A DNA stretch of 64,000 nt from Naegleria gruberi (GCA_000004985.1 GG738869.1), one strand, 5' to 3'. Numbered from the stretch's first letter, positions 44,606-56,752 are shown. A program made the numbers and translations. Notes: a model not told the origin generated them from the sequence alone.

Positions 44606-45858
44606 TGTTGTTGATGTATGTGTTGTTTATTTTGTTTTAATAAATAATTTGACGTTGATGGGGCGACGTATGGCATTTTCGTATTGACGGGTCAACTCGT
44701 CAGCCATAAGCCGTTACAATCTGCAGAGAACTTGGAAATTTAAGAGGTCCGAGTTCTGATGTTTGGTTGATTTAGTACAAATTCAATTAGTTTCTTGTGA
44801 TAATTTGTGGAGTGCTCTATTAGAATCTTTTAGATTCGAATAAATATTTGAAGGAAATGGCTTCGAAGGAGGTATGAGTCATTGTATTATTGAGACTGAG
44901 ATGGGTTATTATTGAAATGATGTTTGAGATTTTCAAGTAAACAGTTCTTTTATGAAACTTGGAACTTTTACAATACTTGTTGTAATTGTAGTTTAGAATA
45001 AAGTTTCCCTTCATTGAAAAGTTCAATTCCATTTCCTTTATTATTAAACACATAACAATGTCATTACTAGCAAAAATGATTCTTTGTTAACAATTTTCAA
45101 ACTTTTCAATTAAACAACCAAATATTCATACGAAAGTCCTACTTTAATTTGAAAAGCATCAGCTTTTAAGATAGATTTTTATGATAGATTGAATAATCTG
45201 GCAATTAATGTAATTTGACCTTATTCAAAAATATAATCAAATTTCATTGTTGATGAAACAGAGAGTACAATGTACTGTAATTAGGTCAAAATTCCTAGAT
45301 CCAATCAGTCTGCACAAACACCTATTTTATTTTTCCCGCCCATTTTTCATCATAATTCACGCCTTTGAAATCAACTGGATAACAAATCAGGGCAGTAAAT
45401 TCATCTTCTTACTATTCCACAATTGATATTTTGTAAAATAATTGTAATAAATGGTATTTACATTTTACAATAGGTTTTTTGAGTTTCTCCTAAAAAGTCA
45501 ATCTATTGCGTTTTTTAAATTAGGAGTGATAAAGACAACTTTTTCAATTTCGGCCTTTAGTTTCCTCGTTAATTTGATCAAAGAAGGATTTCTCTCGTCT
45601 TGTTTCAAACACGAAAAAATTCGAACAGTGCTATTCGAAAGGTTGTTAACAAACCATAAGAAAAAATTGATATCTCATCATTTGTTTGAAATTAAAGTTT
45701 CTATCAGATATTCGAATACATTCGAATAACAATAATTGATCTGAATTTCTAGAACTGTCCCAAATAGTTGGGTGGTAAAGCCCTTAAATCAAGAAATTTT
45801 TCTATCTGCTGCAAAGTTTAGCATAAATTCCCAGCCATCAACATCAAACATCAAAAAA

Positions 45859-48800
45859 ATGTCATCGCCAAGTGCCGACTGTTCAGAAGGAGTAAACAAT
45901 CTTTTGATGAGTAGCAGCACAACAACAATAACGGAGGAGCAACAACCAACAAATTCCATTGAACCAAATGATGCTCCAACAAATGCTGATGAGAAAGTAG
46001 AAGAATCTTCTTCATCATCCAAAACTATTACAACAGATAGTAGTAATACAACAATAACAATAACAACAACTCAACTTCATGAGACAATAACATTGACTCA
46101 ATCAACTTTATCTCAACAAGCAGTAGAAGAACAACAAACAGCAAATAATCAACTTGTTGCCAACAATACTTCCACTACAACAACAACAACTACAGAAGAA
46201 GAAAATGGCGCCATTTTACAACCAAGAGGTTCTGTTGTTGTTCTGATGAATGCGCCATCACACCACGACAGAATCAATAGCAGCACGAGTGAAGATGATG
46301 ACAATGGTGATGATAATATTGTATTTGAATCACGTACGGCTACTACGACTCCAGAGCACATTGATACAACAACAAACCCATTTGTAACAGGTGTTGTTTT
46401 TAATAATATTATTGAGAATAGTGATGAGACAATTAATAATAATAATAATAACAATGATGATGATAATAATAATAATAATACAACAACAAATGAATATCAT
46501 GTTGATGTTGATGATGATGATACAAATAATAATAACAATGAACAAATAACAGAGGAACAAGATCAATCATATCAAGATGTTGTTATGACTCCAACATATA
46601 ATGTTCAACAACAACAACAACAAACATTTACAACCTATGATCGTAATGACTTGTTGTTAAATGTTGATGATTCACAACTTCCTTTGTGGATGAGATTGGA
46701 AGAACGATTAAATGTACACCCAGAGGCAAAACCTGTTCATTATCCACTTCCACCTTCTGTTAGAGTTGCCAGTAGTCATCCAGAATTACAACAATCCAAG
46801 TATCCACACTTGCAAGAGTATCATCGTCAATTTTATGAGCCATTTACTGTTCTTGAGAGAGAAGATCCATACTCTTTCAAATCTGTACAATTCAAACCAC
46901 TTGAAAACCATCCAACCTCTCATATCTCTCACAATTCAGCATCCTTGAACAATTCATCCTCTGCCAATTTACTTACACTCACATTGACAAATCCAAATAT
47001 ACAATCTAGCGGTAATGGAAAGAGTATTGTTGATTCTTTCTTTAAAGCTTTATATCATCTTGATTCTATGGCTTCAAACAGTCAACTAGGAAAAGATCAA
47101 GTTCATGTAATTCAAAATGGAAATGGTAGTGCTAGTGCATCTCTCAATGACTTGTCAAACGATTCATCACATGATGAAACATCAGAAGTTGGTTCATCAC
47201 TCTCTCCACTCAAGGGATCACTTAAAAATTTGAAGGAACAAGAAGGTCTCGATGGAAAGAGAAAAGGAAGCATTTTCGCTTTGAAATTTAAACATCAAGC
47301 ACAAGCTTCTTCTTCTGATAATTCTAAAATTATGAGTACTTCAACTCAAAATCCAAAAATGCTTTTGGATGGTTATGATTCTCTTGAAGTCAACACATCA
47401 GATTTGGAATCTCACAATGATCAATCGTCTGATGTAAATAGAAATGAATCACAAACACCTGTTAGTACTACTTCAGGCGCTCCTGGAGGCAGTGATCCTA
47501 ACCAAGTACAAGAAGAAGATACTGAAGAACAATATCTTAAAAAGTTGAGTTTGGTTGAATTTTCCAAACATTGTAGTGCCAAGAGACGTGTAAAACAATT
47601 TGATTTCCTTTCTGGAGATTCCACTTTTGATAAACCTCCTCTCATTAGTAAGAAAATTCCATCCAATATGAGCCTTGCTTCTCCAACTGGTGAAGAGAAA
47701 CCTCCAGTTGTTTCTGAAGATGGTAAATTGAACATTTCTGATACTGAAATACTTCCAGAATCAACCACTCGTCTTATGAGTTGTCTCAAACCAAACTTTA
47801 AATATAGACCTATAGAAACATCAATGTGTTTCCGTCAACCACAAAATCAAGCTAGCTTGGCATATCCTATCAAGAAGAGAACACAACTAGTTATTTCATG
47901 TCATACACCACCAAAATTCGAAAGACCTGTTTCTGAAATTCACTACTTCTCAATGGCTCTTTATGATTTGGAGAGGGGTTCTAAAATTAGTGAAGATTTC
48001 CACTTCCATTTCCTTTTGAAGGAACAAATTGAAACTCTTTCTCCTTGGGTTCAAAATTATTTAAAGACTATGGCATCAGCACTTCCAGTTAAACCAGTTC
48101 AACAACCACTCATGTCTCCTCGTTCAGGTGAAAATGGTCAACCTCAAGTTCAACACGAAGAACAAAAGGCATTATTCACTATTACTTATCCAAATGATCA
48201 AATATATTTGGTTATTCAAGTATATCGTTTACCAACTGGAAGTATGAAGGATGCTCTTAAACTCTACAAGAGGGACACCAAACAATCAGAAATTAATGAT
48301 GTTGAAAAACAATACAATGAACTCAAACAACAAGTTGCTCACTTTAGACAAGCCATTCTCTTTGGATATACTCCATTATTCAGCAAGAGAGGTAATGTTT
48401 ATCAATTGACCTCTACAAAGTATGAGCTCAAACCAATGTATTCTATTGAAGGATTTGATTTCAAGACTCCTTTCGATGCCATGACCATGATTAGGACTAT
48501 TCAAAAGGAAAAGAAATTGAAGAATATTACACAAATTGATGGTGGATTTTTATTGAGAGCAGAAATTTTGAAAAATCACTCGAATGCCAACAAACAACCT
48601 AAACATAATAGACATCGTTCTATCGAGCACAATCTTCATCCAATTATTGGATCATCAGGTAATAGTGCATCTTTAGTGACTAGTCCACAAAGTTATGAAA
48701 ATCAACTTACTGATGAAAGTGGTAATTTATTAGTTTCAAATGGAGTTTCATCATCACTTTCAAGCTCTTCACCATCTCCACTCTCTCCATCCAACTCACT

Positions 48801-51800
48801 TCTTAAGGAACGTTTAATGAATGATTTGGGAAGATCGGATTCAATGCCTAGTAGTCCTCTTAAGGGTATGATTGATCATGAAAAGACTGCCCACGATGAT
48901 GAAAATAGCCTTGAAACTGACTTGATTAGAGTTCAAGAACTTCCAATTCAACTCTCCAAATATCCAAACATGGAGGTTCTCAATCACTTCTTCTTTAATC
49001 CAATTGTTGCCCAATTCGAAAAGACATTTGGTGGAAAGAATATTTTCTGTGAGGTATTGTATCGTGAGTCTGATTCTGAAGTTGTGAATGAAACAACTGG
49101 TCAAGTTAATGCAGAGCCAAGAATCATGACTAGGTTCAGTAGAAATTCATCTAAATATGATTTCTCATGTGTTTCGTATGATGAAGAGAAGCAGCCACAC
49201 TTTTACGATGAGTTCAAGATTGATATTCCTTGTGAACCAAGGAGGGATCAACACGTTTTGGTTGTTTTCTATCACTTGGATGTAGATAATAAGAAGTCTA
49301 AAAAGTTGAACTATGTGAGTGGTGCTAATGACATTAGAAAGGAAGATTTTGGAACTTCTCACAGAGCTGTTCTTGGGTATGCTTTCATGGAATTGAACGA
49401 TAGCAAGAAGTTTGATAGCGAAGGCTACTCAATGTTCCCTCAATTCCGTAAACATACCTTCCCTGATGAAATTACTATTTACAAAGAACTTCCAGCCAAT
49501 TATTTGAAGGACTCTGAAGAAAAATTGAAGAATCTCAAGATTGGTAAATTGAAAGTTAGATCCCATTTGGTTACAACCATTGATCCATCTGATGAAATTA
49601 TTACCCTCTTCTTCTCCACAATGTATGATTTACAAAATGTTCCAGATTATCAAAAACCACAAGTCTTAACCTTCTTATGTGACTATGTCTTCCCTCAATT
49701 CAACAAGATTGATTTCAAGGTATTCATGCCACATTTACCAGTTGTTTTGAATATGCTGTTTGGTTTAATGGCAAGAGTTTCTGCCATGCTTCAAGCAAGT
49801 GCTGTTTCTTACATTATTGAAAAGGTTGAAATTGCAACATTTGAACAAATTTTGGTTTGCTTGCGTGGTTGTTATCACTTCCTCAGTGAGACCAATCCAG
49901 AGAATGAATCACACTCTAGGCTCAATGTTTTCTTCTCCAGTTACACCAAATATATTCTTACTGAACCAAAAGGAGCTAAATATCCATTGTTTAGTATCTT
50001 GTTGAGATTGATGGCTGAATATTTGGAAGTTCCAGAAACTGAAAAGATGGCTCCTGCCAAGGGTTCAGACTATCTCAATGATTTGAGTCAAATGGTAAAG
50101 AAATCTCGTCAAAAGAAGGAAAATATGGACAATGTCAAGCAACAAATTGACCAGAGAAGAAATCAACTTTCAGAACACGATCCAATTCGTTTCTCCTGGT
50201 TCATTTTTGATGTTATTATCAAATCAATGACTATTTTCTTCAATGAAAAGGCAAAGAAGGAAGACAGTGCTTCACAAAGAAGAAGACGTATTTCTGCTCA
50301 TGATGAACACGAGTTGGACTATCCAATTTCTGATAGACACATTTTAAACAGATTGAGACAGCTCACTGATAACATGGTTGTTCGTATCTACAAGTTATTA
50401 CTTGCCAGTGGTATTGGTCGTCAAAATATTGGTATTGGTGGTAACAGAAATTTGGCTCTCTTCTTACGTGATCTCATTCCATTCATTCCAGACAAACAAC
50501 TCTACATTGAACACTTGATTGATCGTTACTTCCAAAGTTTGGATGGTATTGATGAACGTAAATTGAGACTTAAAGCAGAATTTATTGCCATCTTGACTGA
50601 TTACGATTATTACATTCCATTCAATTTGCACTTGTTACGTCTCTTTTCTAAGGGAGAAGGAGATTCTGTCGAATCCACAGCTACAACCACAGAGGAAAAT
50701 GCTGAATACTTGATGAGCCAAGAAGTCAACTCAAAGCAAGTTACCTTCTCTTCAATTTTGATTGAATTATTCTACGATGTTGTAAAGAGTGGTAATGACA
50801 AGTTGCTTATCAAAATTTCAAAGATTTTATTGGATCACTTCTGTAAATTAGACTATGATAGCAGATACCAAGAAGACTCTAGAAGAGCTATTGTTACTGG
50901 ATTGTACATTGAATTTGTTGATAGATTCCTCGAAAATGATGAAAATCTTACTCGTTTCAAGAATGACGAGATTTATGTAGTTCTCTCTTCATGTATCATG
51001 TGGATTTTGAGAGGTTTATCAAAGGACAAGTTGTTACGTTGGTGGAAGTCTCGTCCATTCTACGTAATGCTCAATTTGATTACCTTCTTGGAACATACCA
51101 CTGTTGCCTTTAACAATTTGGACTTTTCAGGAAAGATGACTGACGACAGTATTCTTCGTACTGAAATTGCTTGTATTACAAGTTATTTGATATCAACACT
51201 CCTTTCTAATAGAAGTTTATTCGATGAAATTTTACCAGAATTGAAAACCCAAGATGAAAACATTCAAATGTTGGAGAATATCCAAATTACCGATATTGTC
51301 TTGCAACGTCAACAGCAAATTGCTGACTTGTTCGAAGCAAAGAGCGTCAGGACTCAACCACACACAGTTGCCTTATTCTTTAGACGTATTTCACACTTGT
51401 TGTTAAACTTTATTCTTCAACTTACTTTAAGGTCTGATTCTGCACATTGCCACTTGATCTTTAGACAATGTGTATTGCCTCTTGTGAGAGATATGACTGA
51501 TCAATTGGTTGTTTCTGAATTGTACGATGACTCCATTCCAAAGAGAGAAAGAGTTCCTCCAGTTCAAAAGAAGCATGTCGAACAAAAATGGCGTTGGTTG
51601 CTTGGTTCTGTTATTCTTCACTGGAGCTTTAATCCAAAACTTGAGAACCAAATCCACGACCTTGTTCGTGCATCCCTTGAATTGCTCTTGAGACCTATGG
51701 AAAAGATCTTGAAAGAAAAGCAAACAAATGCAACAGGTCAAGCTGATGAAGATGGAGATGTCATTCTCGATGAAGATGGTACTATTCGTGCTGCCACATT

Positions 51801-53064
51801 CAACAAGCTTGTTGAAAGAATGTTGGAAATTAACATTTCTGAAGGTGATTCTGAAGAACATGGTAAATTCAAACACATTTTCCAAATTACCTATGGTTCT
51901 TTCACAACACCTCTCGAATTGTTGACCATTTTATCTACACTCTACCAAACTCCTAACCCTAATCAAAACATTATCAGAATTCGTGTTGAACAATTCTTGT
52001 GTGATTGGATTCGTGACAGTTTCCACGAATTTGATAACCTTGTCATTGCTGAACTTGTAAGATTCTTAATTGTCAATGATCGTGACTTGAAGACTAACAC
52101 CAAGAAGAAGATTCGTCGTTATGCCATCAAGAACTTGCTCAACTTTAAACAAGAACATATCAAACAAAAGGGTGTTCAAGATTGTTTACCACAACTTCCA
52201 AAAGGTATTTTATTCGAAGAGTTAGAAAAACCAGTAGTTGACATTAAGGAATGGAGAATTAAAAAGTCACAAAGAAAGAATTATAAGAATCCATTCGATA
52301 GATCATTCGACTTGTTGGCTTGGCCACCAGTAGAAATTGCAAGACAAATGACACTCATTGATGCCAAGTTATTCAGAAAGATTGAAGCAAGAGAGTTCTT
52401 CGACAATGCTTGGGCTGATAAGGATTACAAGTATGAACTCGCTCCAACAATTTGTGCAATCACTGATCGTACTAATAGTATTTCCTATTGGGTTCGTAAC
52501 AGAATTCTCATGGAAACCAATCCAGAAAATCGTAAGAAGGTCTACAAGAGATTCTTGGATATCATGCGTGAATTGTACTTGATGAATAACTTTACATCTG
52601 TGATGGCTATTTCATCTGGTCTTAACTCTGCTCCAATCTCTAGATTGAGGGCTGCAAAGGAAGGTATCAGTAAGGACGATGTACAACTTATTGAAGATTG
52701 TGGAAACTTGTTCCAACAAAACTATTCACTCATGAGAAAGAGATTGGAAAGCTTGAGCATTGAAAGATCTCCTTGTATTCCTTTCACTGGTGCCTTCTTG
52801 ACCGATGTCACCTTCACTAAAGATGGTAACCAAGATTTTATTGACCACGTTTCTAATCCAGATAAGAAATTGGTCAACTTTAAGAAGAGACGTACCTATT
52901 ATAAGACTATCAGAACTGTTCAAGATTTAAAGACATCTCTTCACTATCCATTCAAACCAATTCCATTCTTGGAATATATTTTGAAGGAAGATATCTTCCA
53001 CAACCTTAACAATGATGATAAGGAATTGTATAATTTATCCATTAAAGTGGAACCAAGAAAATAA
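45859..53064 (+). CDS. Giant RasGEF (Cdc25-type guanine-nucleotide exchange factor) with a long Asn/Thr/Gln-rich low-complexity N-terminus
   Basis: This is a single 7.2-kb exon. The RasGEF-N (REM) region is TFNKLVERMLEI...TPLELLTILSTLYQ. The catalytic domain is WPPVEIARQMTLIDAKLFRKIEAREF...NNFTSVMAISSGLNSAPISRL...PCIPFTGAFLTDVTF. The listed start is a GTG, and the first ATG is at 45859. The poly-N/D/T tract lies at about 46430-46620. Confidence 0.85.
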   Translation: MSSPSADCSEGVNNLLMSSSTTTITEEQQPTNSIEPNDAPTNADEKVEESSSSSKTITTDSSNTTITITTTQLHETITLTQSTLSQQAVEEQQTANNQLVANNTSTTTTTTTEEENGAILQPRGSVVVLMNAPSHHDRINSSTSEDDDNGDDNIVFESRTATTTPEHIDTTTNPFVTGVVFNNIIENSDETINNNNNNNDDDNNNNNTTTNEYHVDVDDDDTNNNNNEQITEEQDQSYQDVVMTPTYNVQQQQQQTFTTYDRNDLLLNVDDSQLPLWMRLEERLNVHPEAKPVHYPLPPSVRVASSHPELQQSKYPHLQEYHRQFYEPFTVLEREDPYSFKSVQFKPLENHPTSHISHNSASLNNSSSANLLTLTLTNPNIQSSGNGKSIVDSFFKALYHLDSMASNSQLGKDQVHVIQNGNGSASASLNDLSNDSSHDETSEVGSSLSPLKGSLKNLKEQEGLDGKRKGSIFALKFKHQAQASSSDNSKIMSTSTQNPKMLLDGYDSLEVNTSDLESHNDQSSDVNRNESQTPVSTTSGAPGGSDPNQVQEEDTEEQYLKKLSLVEFSKHCSAKRRVKQFDFLSGDSTFDKPPLISKKIPSNMSLASPTGEEKPPVVSEDGKLNISDTEILPESTTRLMSCLKPNFKYRPIETSMCFRQPQNQASLAYPIKKRTQLVISCHTPPKFERPVSEIHYFSMALYDLERGSKISEDFHFHFLLKEQIETLSPWVQNYLKTMASALPVKPVQQPLMSPRSGENGQPQVQHEEQKALFTITYPNDQIYLVIQVYRLPTGSMKDALKLYKRDTKQSEINDVEKQYNELKQQVAHFRQAILFGYTPLFSKRGNVYQLTSTKYELKPMYSIEGFDFKTPFDAMTMIRTIQKEKKLKNITQIDGGFLLRAEILKNHSNANKQPKHNRHRSIEHNLHPIIGSSGNSASLVTSPQSYENQLTDESGNLLVSNGVSSSLSSSSPSPLSPSNSLLKERLMNDLGRSDSMPSSPLKGMIDHEKTAHDDENSLETDLIRVQELPIQLSKYPNMEVLNHFFFNPIVAQFEKTFGGKNIFCEVLYRESDSEVVNETTGQVNAEPRIMTRFSRNSSKYDFSCVSYDEEKQPHFYDEFKIDIPCEPRRDQHVLVVFYHLDVDNKKSKKLNYVSGANDIRKEDFGTSHRAVLGYAFMELNDSKKFDSEGYSMFPQFRKHTFPDEITIYKELPANYLKDSEEKLKNLKIGKLKVRSHLVTTIDPSDEIITLFFSTMYDLQNVPDYQKPQVLTFLCDYVFPQFNKIDFKVFMPHLPVVLNMLFGLMARVSAMLQASAVSYIIEKVEIATFEQILVCLRGCYHFLSETNPENESHSRLNVFFSSYTKYILTEPKGAKYPLFSILLRLMAEYLEVPETEKMAPAKGSDYLNDLSQMVKKSRQKKENMDNVKQQIDQRRNQLSEHDPIRFSWFIFDVIIKSMTIFFNEKAKKEDSASQRRRRISAHDEHELDYPISDRHILNRLRQLTDNMVVRIYKLLLASGIGRQNIGIGGNRNLALFLRDLIPFIPDKQLYIEHLIDRYFQSLDGIDERKLRLKAEFIAILTDYDYYIPFNLHLLRLFSKGEGDSVESTATTTEENAEYLMSQEVNSKQVTFSSILIELFYDVVKSGNDKLLIKISKILLDHFCKLDYDSRYQEDSRRAIVTGLYIEFVDRFLENDENLTRFKNDEIYVVLSSCIMWILRGLSKDKLLRWWKSRPFYVMLNLITFLEHTTVAFNNLDFSGKMTDDSILRTEIACITSYLISTLLSNRSLFDEILPELKTQDENIQMLENIQITDIVLQRQQQIADLFEAKSVRTQPHTVALFFRRISHLLLNFILQLTLRSDSAHCHLIFRQCVLPLVRDMTDQLVVSELYDDSIPKRERVPPVQKKHVEQKWRWLLGSVILHWSFNPKLENQIHDLVRASLELLLRPMEKILKEKQTNATGQADEDGDVILDEDGTIRAATFNKLVERMLEINISEGDSEEHGKFKHIFQITYGSFTTPLELLTILSTLYQTPNPNQNIIRIRVEQFLCDWIRDSFHEFDNLVIAELVRFLIVNDRDLKTNTKKKIRRYAIKNLLNFKQEHIKQKGVQDCLPQLPKGILFEELEKPVVDIKEWRIKKSQRKNYKNPFDRSFDLLAWPPVEIARQMTLIDAKLFRKIEAREFFDNAWADKDYKYELAPTICAITDRTNSISYWVRNRILMETNPENRKKVYKRFLDIMRELYLMNNFTSVMAISSGLNSAPISRLRAAKEGISKDDVQLIEDCGNLFQQNYSLMRKRLESLSIERSPCIPFTGAFLTDVTFTKDGNQDFIDHVSNPDKKLVNFKKRRTYYKTIRTVQDLKTSLHYPFKPIPFLEYILKEDIFHNLNNDDKELYNLSIKVEPRK

Positions 53065-53127
53065 ATGTAAATAAAATTTTTATTCACATCAATATACCAT
53101 GATGTCATTTGGAGCTAATTACATCAA

Positions 53128-54272
53128 TTACAAAGCTGGTTTTCCAGACCAAACAGTCTTACCCAATCCACATTCACCTCTTCCTCTTGCAATCCAAAAG
53201 TAACCATCAAGTCCCCAATCTTGTTTCAAACATTTTGATTAATACTTGATAAACGACAATAAAATAGAAAACAAACCTTCTCCCCATGAATTAGCACAAA
53301 TCCAATAAGGAAGTTTTGAAGCAGAATCAACTCCCCATCTATTATAGAGTTATTTCACAATTTTGCAACAATATAAAAAAACATACCCAACAATCTTGAT
53401 GGCATGTGCACCAACCATTCTTCCAGAAACGTGATGATAAACGCCAGATTTATAACTGAAAAAGTCCTTATAAACAATCATAGTTGCTTGCAAAGGCCCA
53501 TTGGCTTTCAAATCTGCCATCATGTCAACCATTCCTTTAAGTTTTCTAGCAGATTTGACTTTGTAAAATGGTGACTTTTCTCCACTGACTGCACAAGATT
53601 TTATATTGCAAGCAGGGACTGCTCCTCCAAAGGAAACATAAGGAACACATTGCTCACTTGCAGTTCCAACTGCAGCAAGGAATCTCCAAGTTGCTACTAA
53701 GAAACCACCTGTTATATCATTGAGCTTTTTATGAAAACTTTGTTAGTATTCGAAACCTACCTCTACAACCATTATTTTGTCCACTGCATGATAGCATGAA
53801 TTGTGGAGATAAATCAACATTTATTCTCCTTCCACTTACAATGCAGAATCTTTGAAATTTTTCATTAATTATAATAATTATAGATTGCTTACCTGTCAGC
53901 TAATGAACTACTTGCCTATCGAACAAGATTAATTTGTCTCATTCAAAACTAATTACAACTTACCGAAAACTATTCATATACCATTCAATTCACTTTGTTA
54001 AATCTCAAGAACAAGCTCCAAGTAACTTTTCCATCAGTTGCAACATTATCCGATCACACTTTGATACTTACATGTGCCAACTCTGCAATACTTTTATCCT
54101 TAAATCTTGGATATTCAACTGCTTGCCAAGCTGCTGCGGGCATTGAATTAATACTCTGGACAAATTCTGCAGTTTGAACTGGTAATTGAGTCCAATCAGC
54201 ATGTTCTTCATCATTAGCCATGGAAACAACCATCAAATTTAATAAAGCGAGCATCATCATGATGATGATCAT
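53128..54272 (-). CDS. Cathepsin B-like papain-family (C1) protein, multi-exon. The active-site Cys segment is not recognisable, so it may be a non-catalytic homologue or a pseudogene.
   Basis: Exon 1 at 54272..54072 encodes a signal peptide MIIIMMMLALLNLMVVSMA plus a propeptide. A 23-nt exon at 53783..53761 encodes GQNNGCR. Exon 53708..53387 encodes GFLVATWRFLAAVGTASEQCVPY...NGPLQATMIVYKDFFSYKSGVYHHVSGRMVGAHAIKIVG. The last exons encode WGVDSASKLPYWICANSWGE|DWGLDGYFWIARGRGECGLG. One intron contains TACTAAC. The His and Asn region is intact, but no QGSCGSCWAF-type segment could be found between 54060 and 53790. Confidence 0.6.
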
Positions 54273-54503
54273 CGCCTTACTAATTTCTTTCTTTTTTACT
54301 AACAAACACTTCATTATCCTTAATTTTCCAGCACACAGGGTGATTCGAGGTTTTTGTTTCTTGTGAGATAATTGTTCATCTCATAATTATCCTCCTCCAC
54401 TTATTACTGTATGTCCTGGAAAATTACTGCTTATTGTAGAGGTGGGGAGTTTGAAACTCCTAAAGAACCTAGCCAACTCCTCTCAATATTTCAACATAAA
54501 TGG

Positions 54504-55253
54504 TTATTTATTTACAAACAGTTTTCTCCATCTTTCCATAAACACTTTCCAATTATTGAATTGCTCCTCTATTCCTGCACTGATTTCAATAATGCAATCA
54601 TTATCCTCAGTAAGAACAGAAAATGGTGAAAGAGCTTTTTTAACCTTAACTATTTTTGAGCCGAAATTGAACTTTCCCTTTTTGATTCTCTCCTCCAAAC
54701 TTTCATTGTAAGTAAAATTGGGATGAAACATTATTCTAAGACTTCCTCTTTGTTTTAAAACTTGCAAATGTCCCTTAATCTTTGCATTCATCATTCACAA
54801 ATGGGCTCATTTCTTTTTCATTGTAATTTTCATTGTAAATATTTTGTAAATCTTGGTTGCGAAATCGTTTGTTGTTTTTTCGTATTGTTGGTCCAGGCAA
54901 ACATTGGCAAATTGGTTGATTTTCATTCTAAGGTTACTGGCTAGAAATTCTATCATCAAAGATGACAAACGAATATCATCCTTGTTTTTGGACTCTATAA
55001 ATGTCAATACTCTTCCTTTCTTAATGTATTCCTCTCTATCATCGTATTTGTTGCTAGGGAATGTTGGGGCAAAGGAACAAGCAATCGGACATGAATTTGC
55101 TTTTTCATCAATGTTATAATCCTCAACCTTAGGATACATGTACACGAAAGAATCATCTTTAGAAAGACCTAACTTTTTCATCTGTTCATTAAACGTAGTA
55201 ACAGACAGTTTTAATTTTGTCCATTTTCTCTTGCTGATCAGATTTATAATCAT
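54504..55253 (-). CDS. Hypothetical gene, represented by two adjacent ORFs (54807..55253 and 54504..54794), possibly joined by an intron
   Basis: The composition is coding-like and no domain is recognised. Confidence 0.25.
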
Positions 55254-55523
55254 TCAAATAAATATAATAAGGTTTCACAACTAATTGAGTTTAAAAAATT
55301 CTCCTAGAAAAACGTGGCGATAATTCAATCCTGTTCTCTTCATCATATACAAACGAACAAAACAACCTAATTAGCAGGATCTAAGGTAATGTAATTTTCC
55401 ATTTTTTTATACCAACGGCATCCATTATCTCGATCCGATATACACAGGATGAGATGGTAATAAGGAACCATTTCGTTATTTAATAATACTTTGAGTTTTA
55501 TTTGTGTGAAAATTTGTGACGAA

Positions 55524-56549
55524 TTAGGTCAAATCCAATACAGAAATTGCCTCCTTAATTTTGAGAAGGAGAGTAGTATTCCAACTGTCGAGAGTTTTCA
55601 TCTTGTCAAACTTTTTCAAAGCAGAGGCCATTTCTTTTGGATTTTTCTTCTTGACAGATTCAATTAACTTTAAAATCATATTTCCTTCCAAAGAACCATC
55701 CAAATGAATGCAAATTTCACAGTATCTATCATAACAATCTCTCAAATCTTCATAACCTTGACATAGAGCACCTGTCAAGTCATCATTTTCAGCTTTTGCT
55801 AAATTTTCTAGGATTTTACAAAGGAAAGATCTCAATAATGGTTCACGTGCATTGAAAGCAGTTAATTTCTCAGATGCCAAAACAGAAGCAACCTTTTCAA
55901 AATATTTCATTGCATTTGAATAATCAGCAATCAATCCATAAATCTCTGCACATTTCAAGAAACATTCCATCATGCTGGTTTTACTGTTTTCTGTCTGAAA
56001 CATTTCACCTGCATTCTTATAATGTTCAATTGCCTTTGCGTAAAAGTAATTTTCCTCCAATTCACCAACATTATCAACTGAAGGACCTTCCTCTTCCAAA
56101 AATTTAGCCAAATCCTTTTCAATTCCTGCAGATTTATAGAATTTTCCATCTTCTGCCAATAAAATACAGGCATTTTGTGTAATTTCTTCCAATCTTTCCA
56201 TTTCTTTCACTGTTCTCACTCCAATTTCTCTCAAACATTCAGAAATTTCCAAATAAACTTCACCCTTTTCACGTGATCTAAATTCCTTTGGTTTCTTTTC
56301 CATTAAAATCAAAGCCTGCTCGAAACAATCAATAGCTTGTTGATTGTCATTTCCTGTCATGAAAAAATCAGCAGCTTCTTTGTATTTTTCAATGGAATCT
56401 TTAATTTTGTTTCCGAAATAAACTGAACGATTTGCGATGGATTGGGCTTCTTTTTTTAATAATTGGCCTTTGATTCGTTGAGCTTCAAAGAGTGCAGAAT
56501 CAACTTCATCAAAAACTCCTTCATCAACTTCTGGTAGTTTTGGTGGCAT
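55524..56549 (-). CDS. Soluble NSF-attachment protein (SNAP) family protein, probably gamma-SNAP-like
   Basis: There are TPR-like helices. The C-terminal half resembles yeast Sec17 as I recall it: ECFLKCAEIYGL matches KCFIKCADL, and KKFDKMKTLDSWNTTLLLKIKEAI matches FDNFMRLDKWKITILNKIKESI. The start is at MPPKLPEVDE, with its ATG at 56549. Confidence 0.55.
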   Translation of the reverse strand: MPPKLPEVDEGVFDEVDSALFEAQRIKGQLLKKEAQSIANRSVYFGNKIKDSIEKYKEAADFFMTGNDNQQAIDCFEQALILMEKKPKEFRSREKGEVYLEISECLREIGVRTVKEMERLEEITQNACILLAEDGKFYKSAGIEKDLAKFLEEEGPSVDNVGELEENYFYAKAIEHYKNAGEMFQTENSKTSMMECFLKCAEIYGLIADYSNAMKYFEKVASVLASEKLTAFNAREPLLRSFLCKILENLAKAENDDLTGALCQGYEDLRDCYDRYCEICIHLDGSLEGNMILKLIESVKKKNPKEMASALKKFDKMKTLDSWNTTLLLKIKEAISVLDLT

Positions 56550-56679
56550 TTTTTTAAATAGTGATTGGCAGGTGAAATGTACGATACAAAGTTTTAAAAG
56601 TGCTTCTTGGAATGAAGAAGGAATGGGAGTATCGTGATTAAAACTTGTAACCAATGGTTGTGCAAAGTAAAAGATTGAG

Positions 56680-56752
56680 TGGAGATGCGGGGTATCGATC
56701 CCCGTACCTCTTCCATGCTAAATAAGCGCTCTACCATGTGAGCTACATCCCC
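56680..56752 (-). tRNA. tRNA-Ala (anticodon AGC)
   Basis: The reverse strand reads GGGGATGTAGCTCACATGGTAGAGCGCTTATTTAGCATGGAAGAGGTACGGGGATCGATACCCCGCATCTCCA. This is close to what I recall of the canonical eukaryotic tRNA-Ala(AGC). The G3:U70 identity pair is present, and there is one A-G mismatch in the anticodon stem. Confidence 0.8.

Noticed and set aside
46149-46566. The minus-strand ORFs inside the RasGEF N-terminus.
   Set aside because: They are antisense readings of the poly-Asn/Asp/Thr coding tract of the RasGEF.
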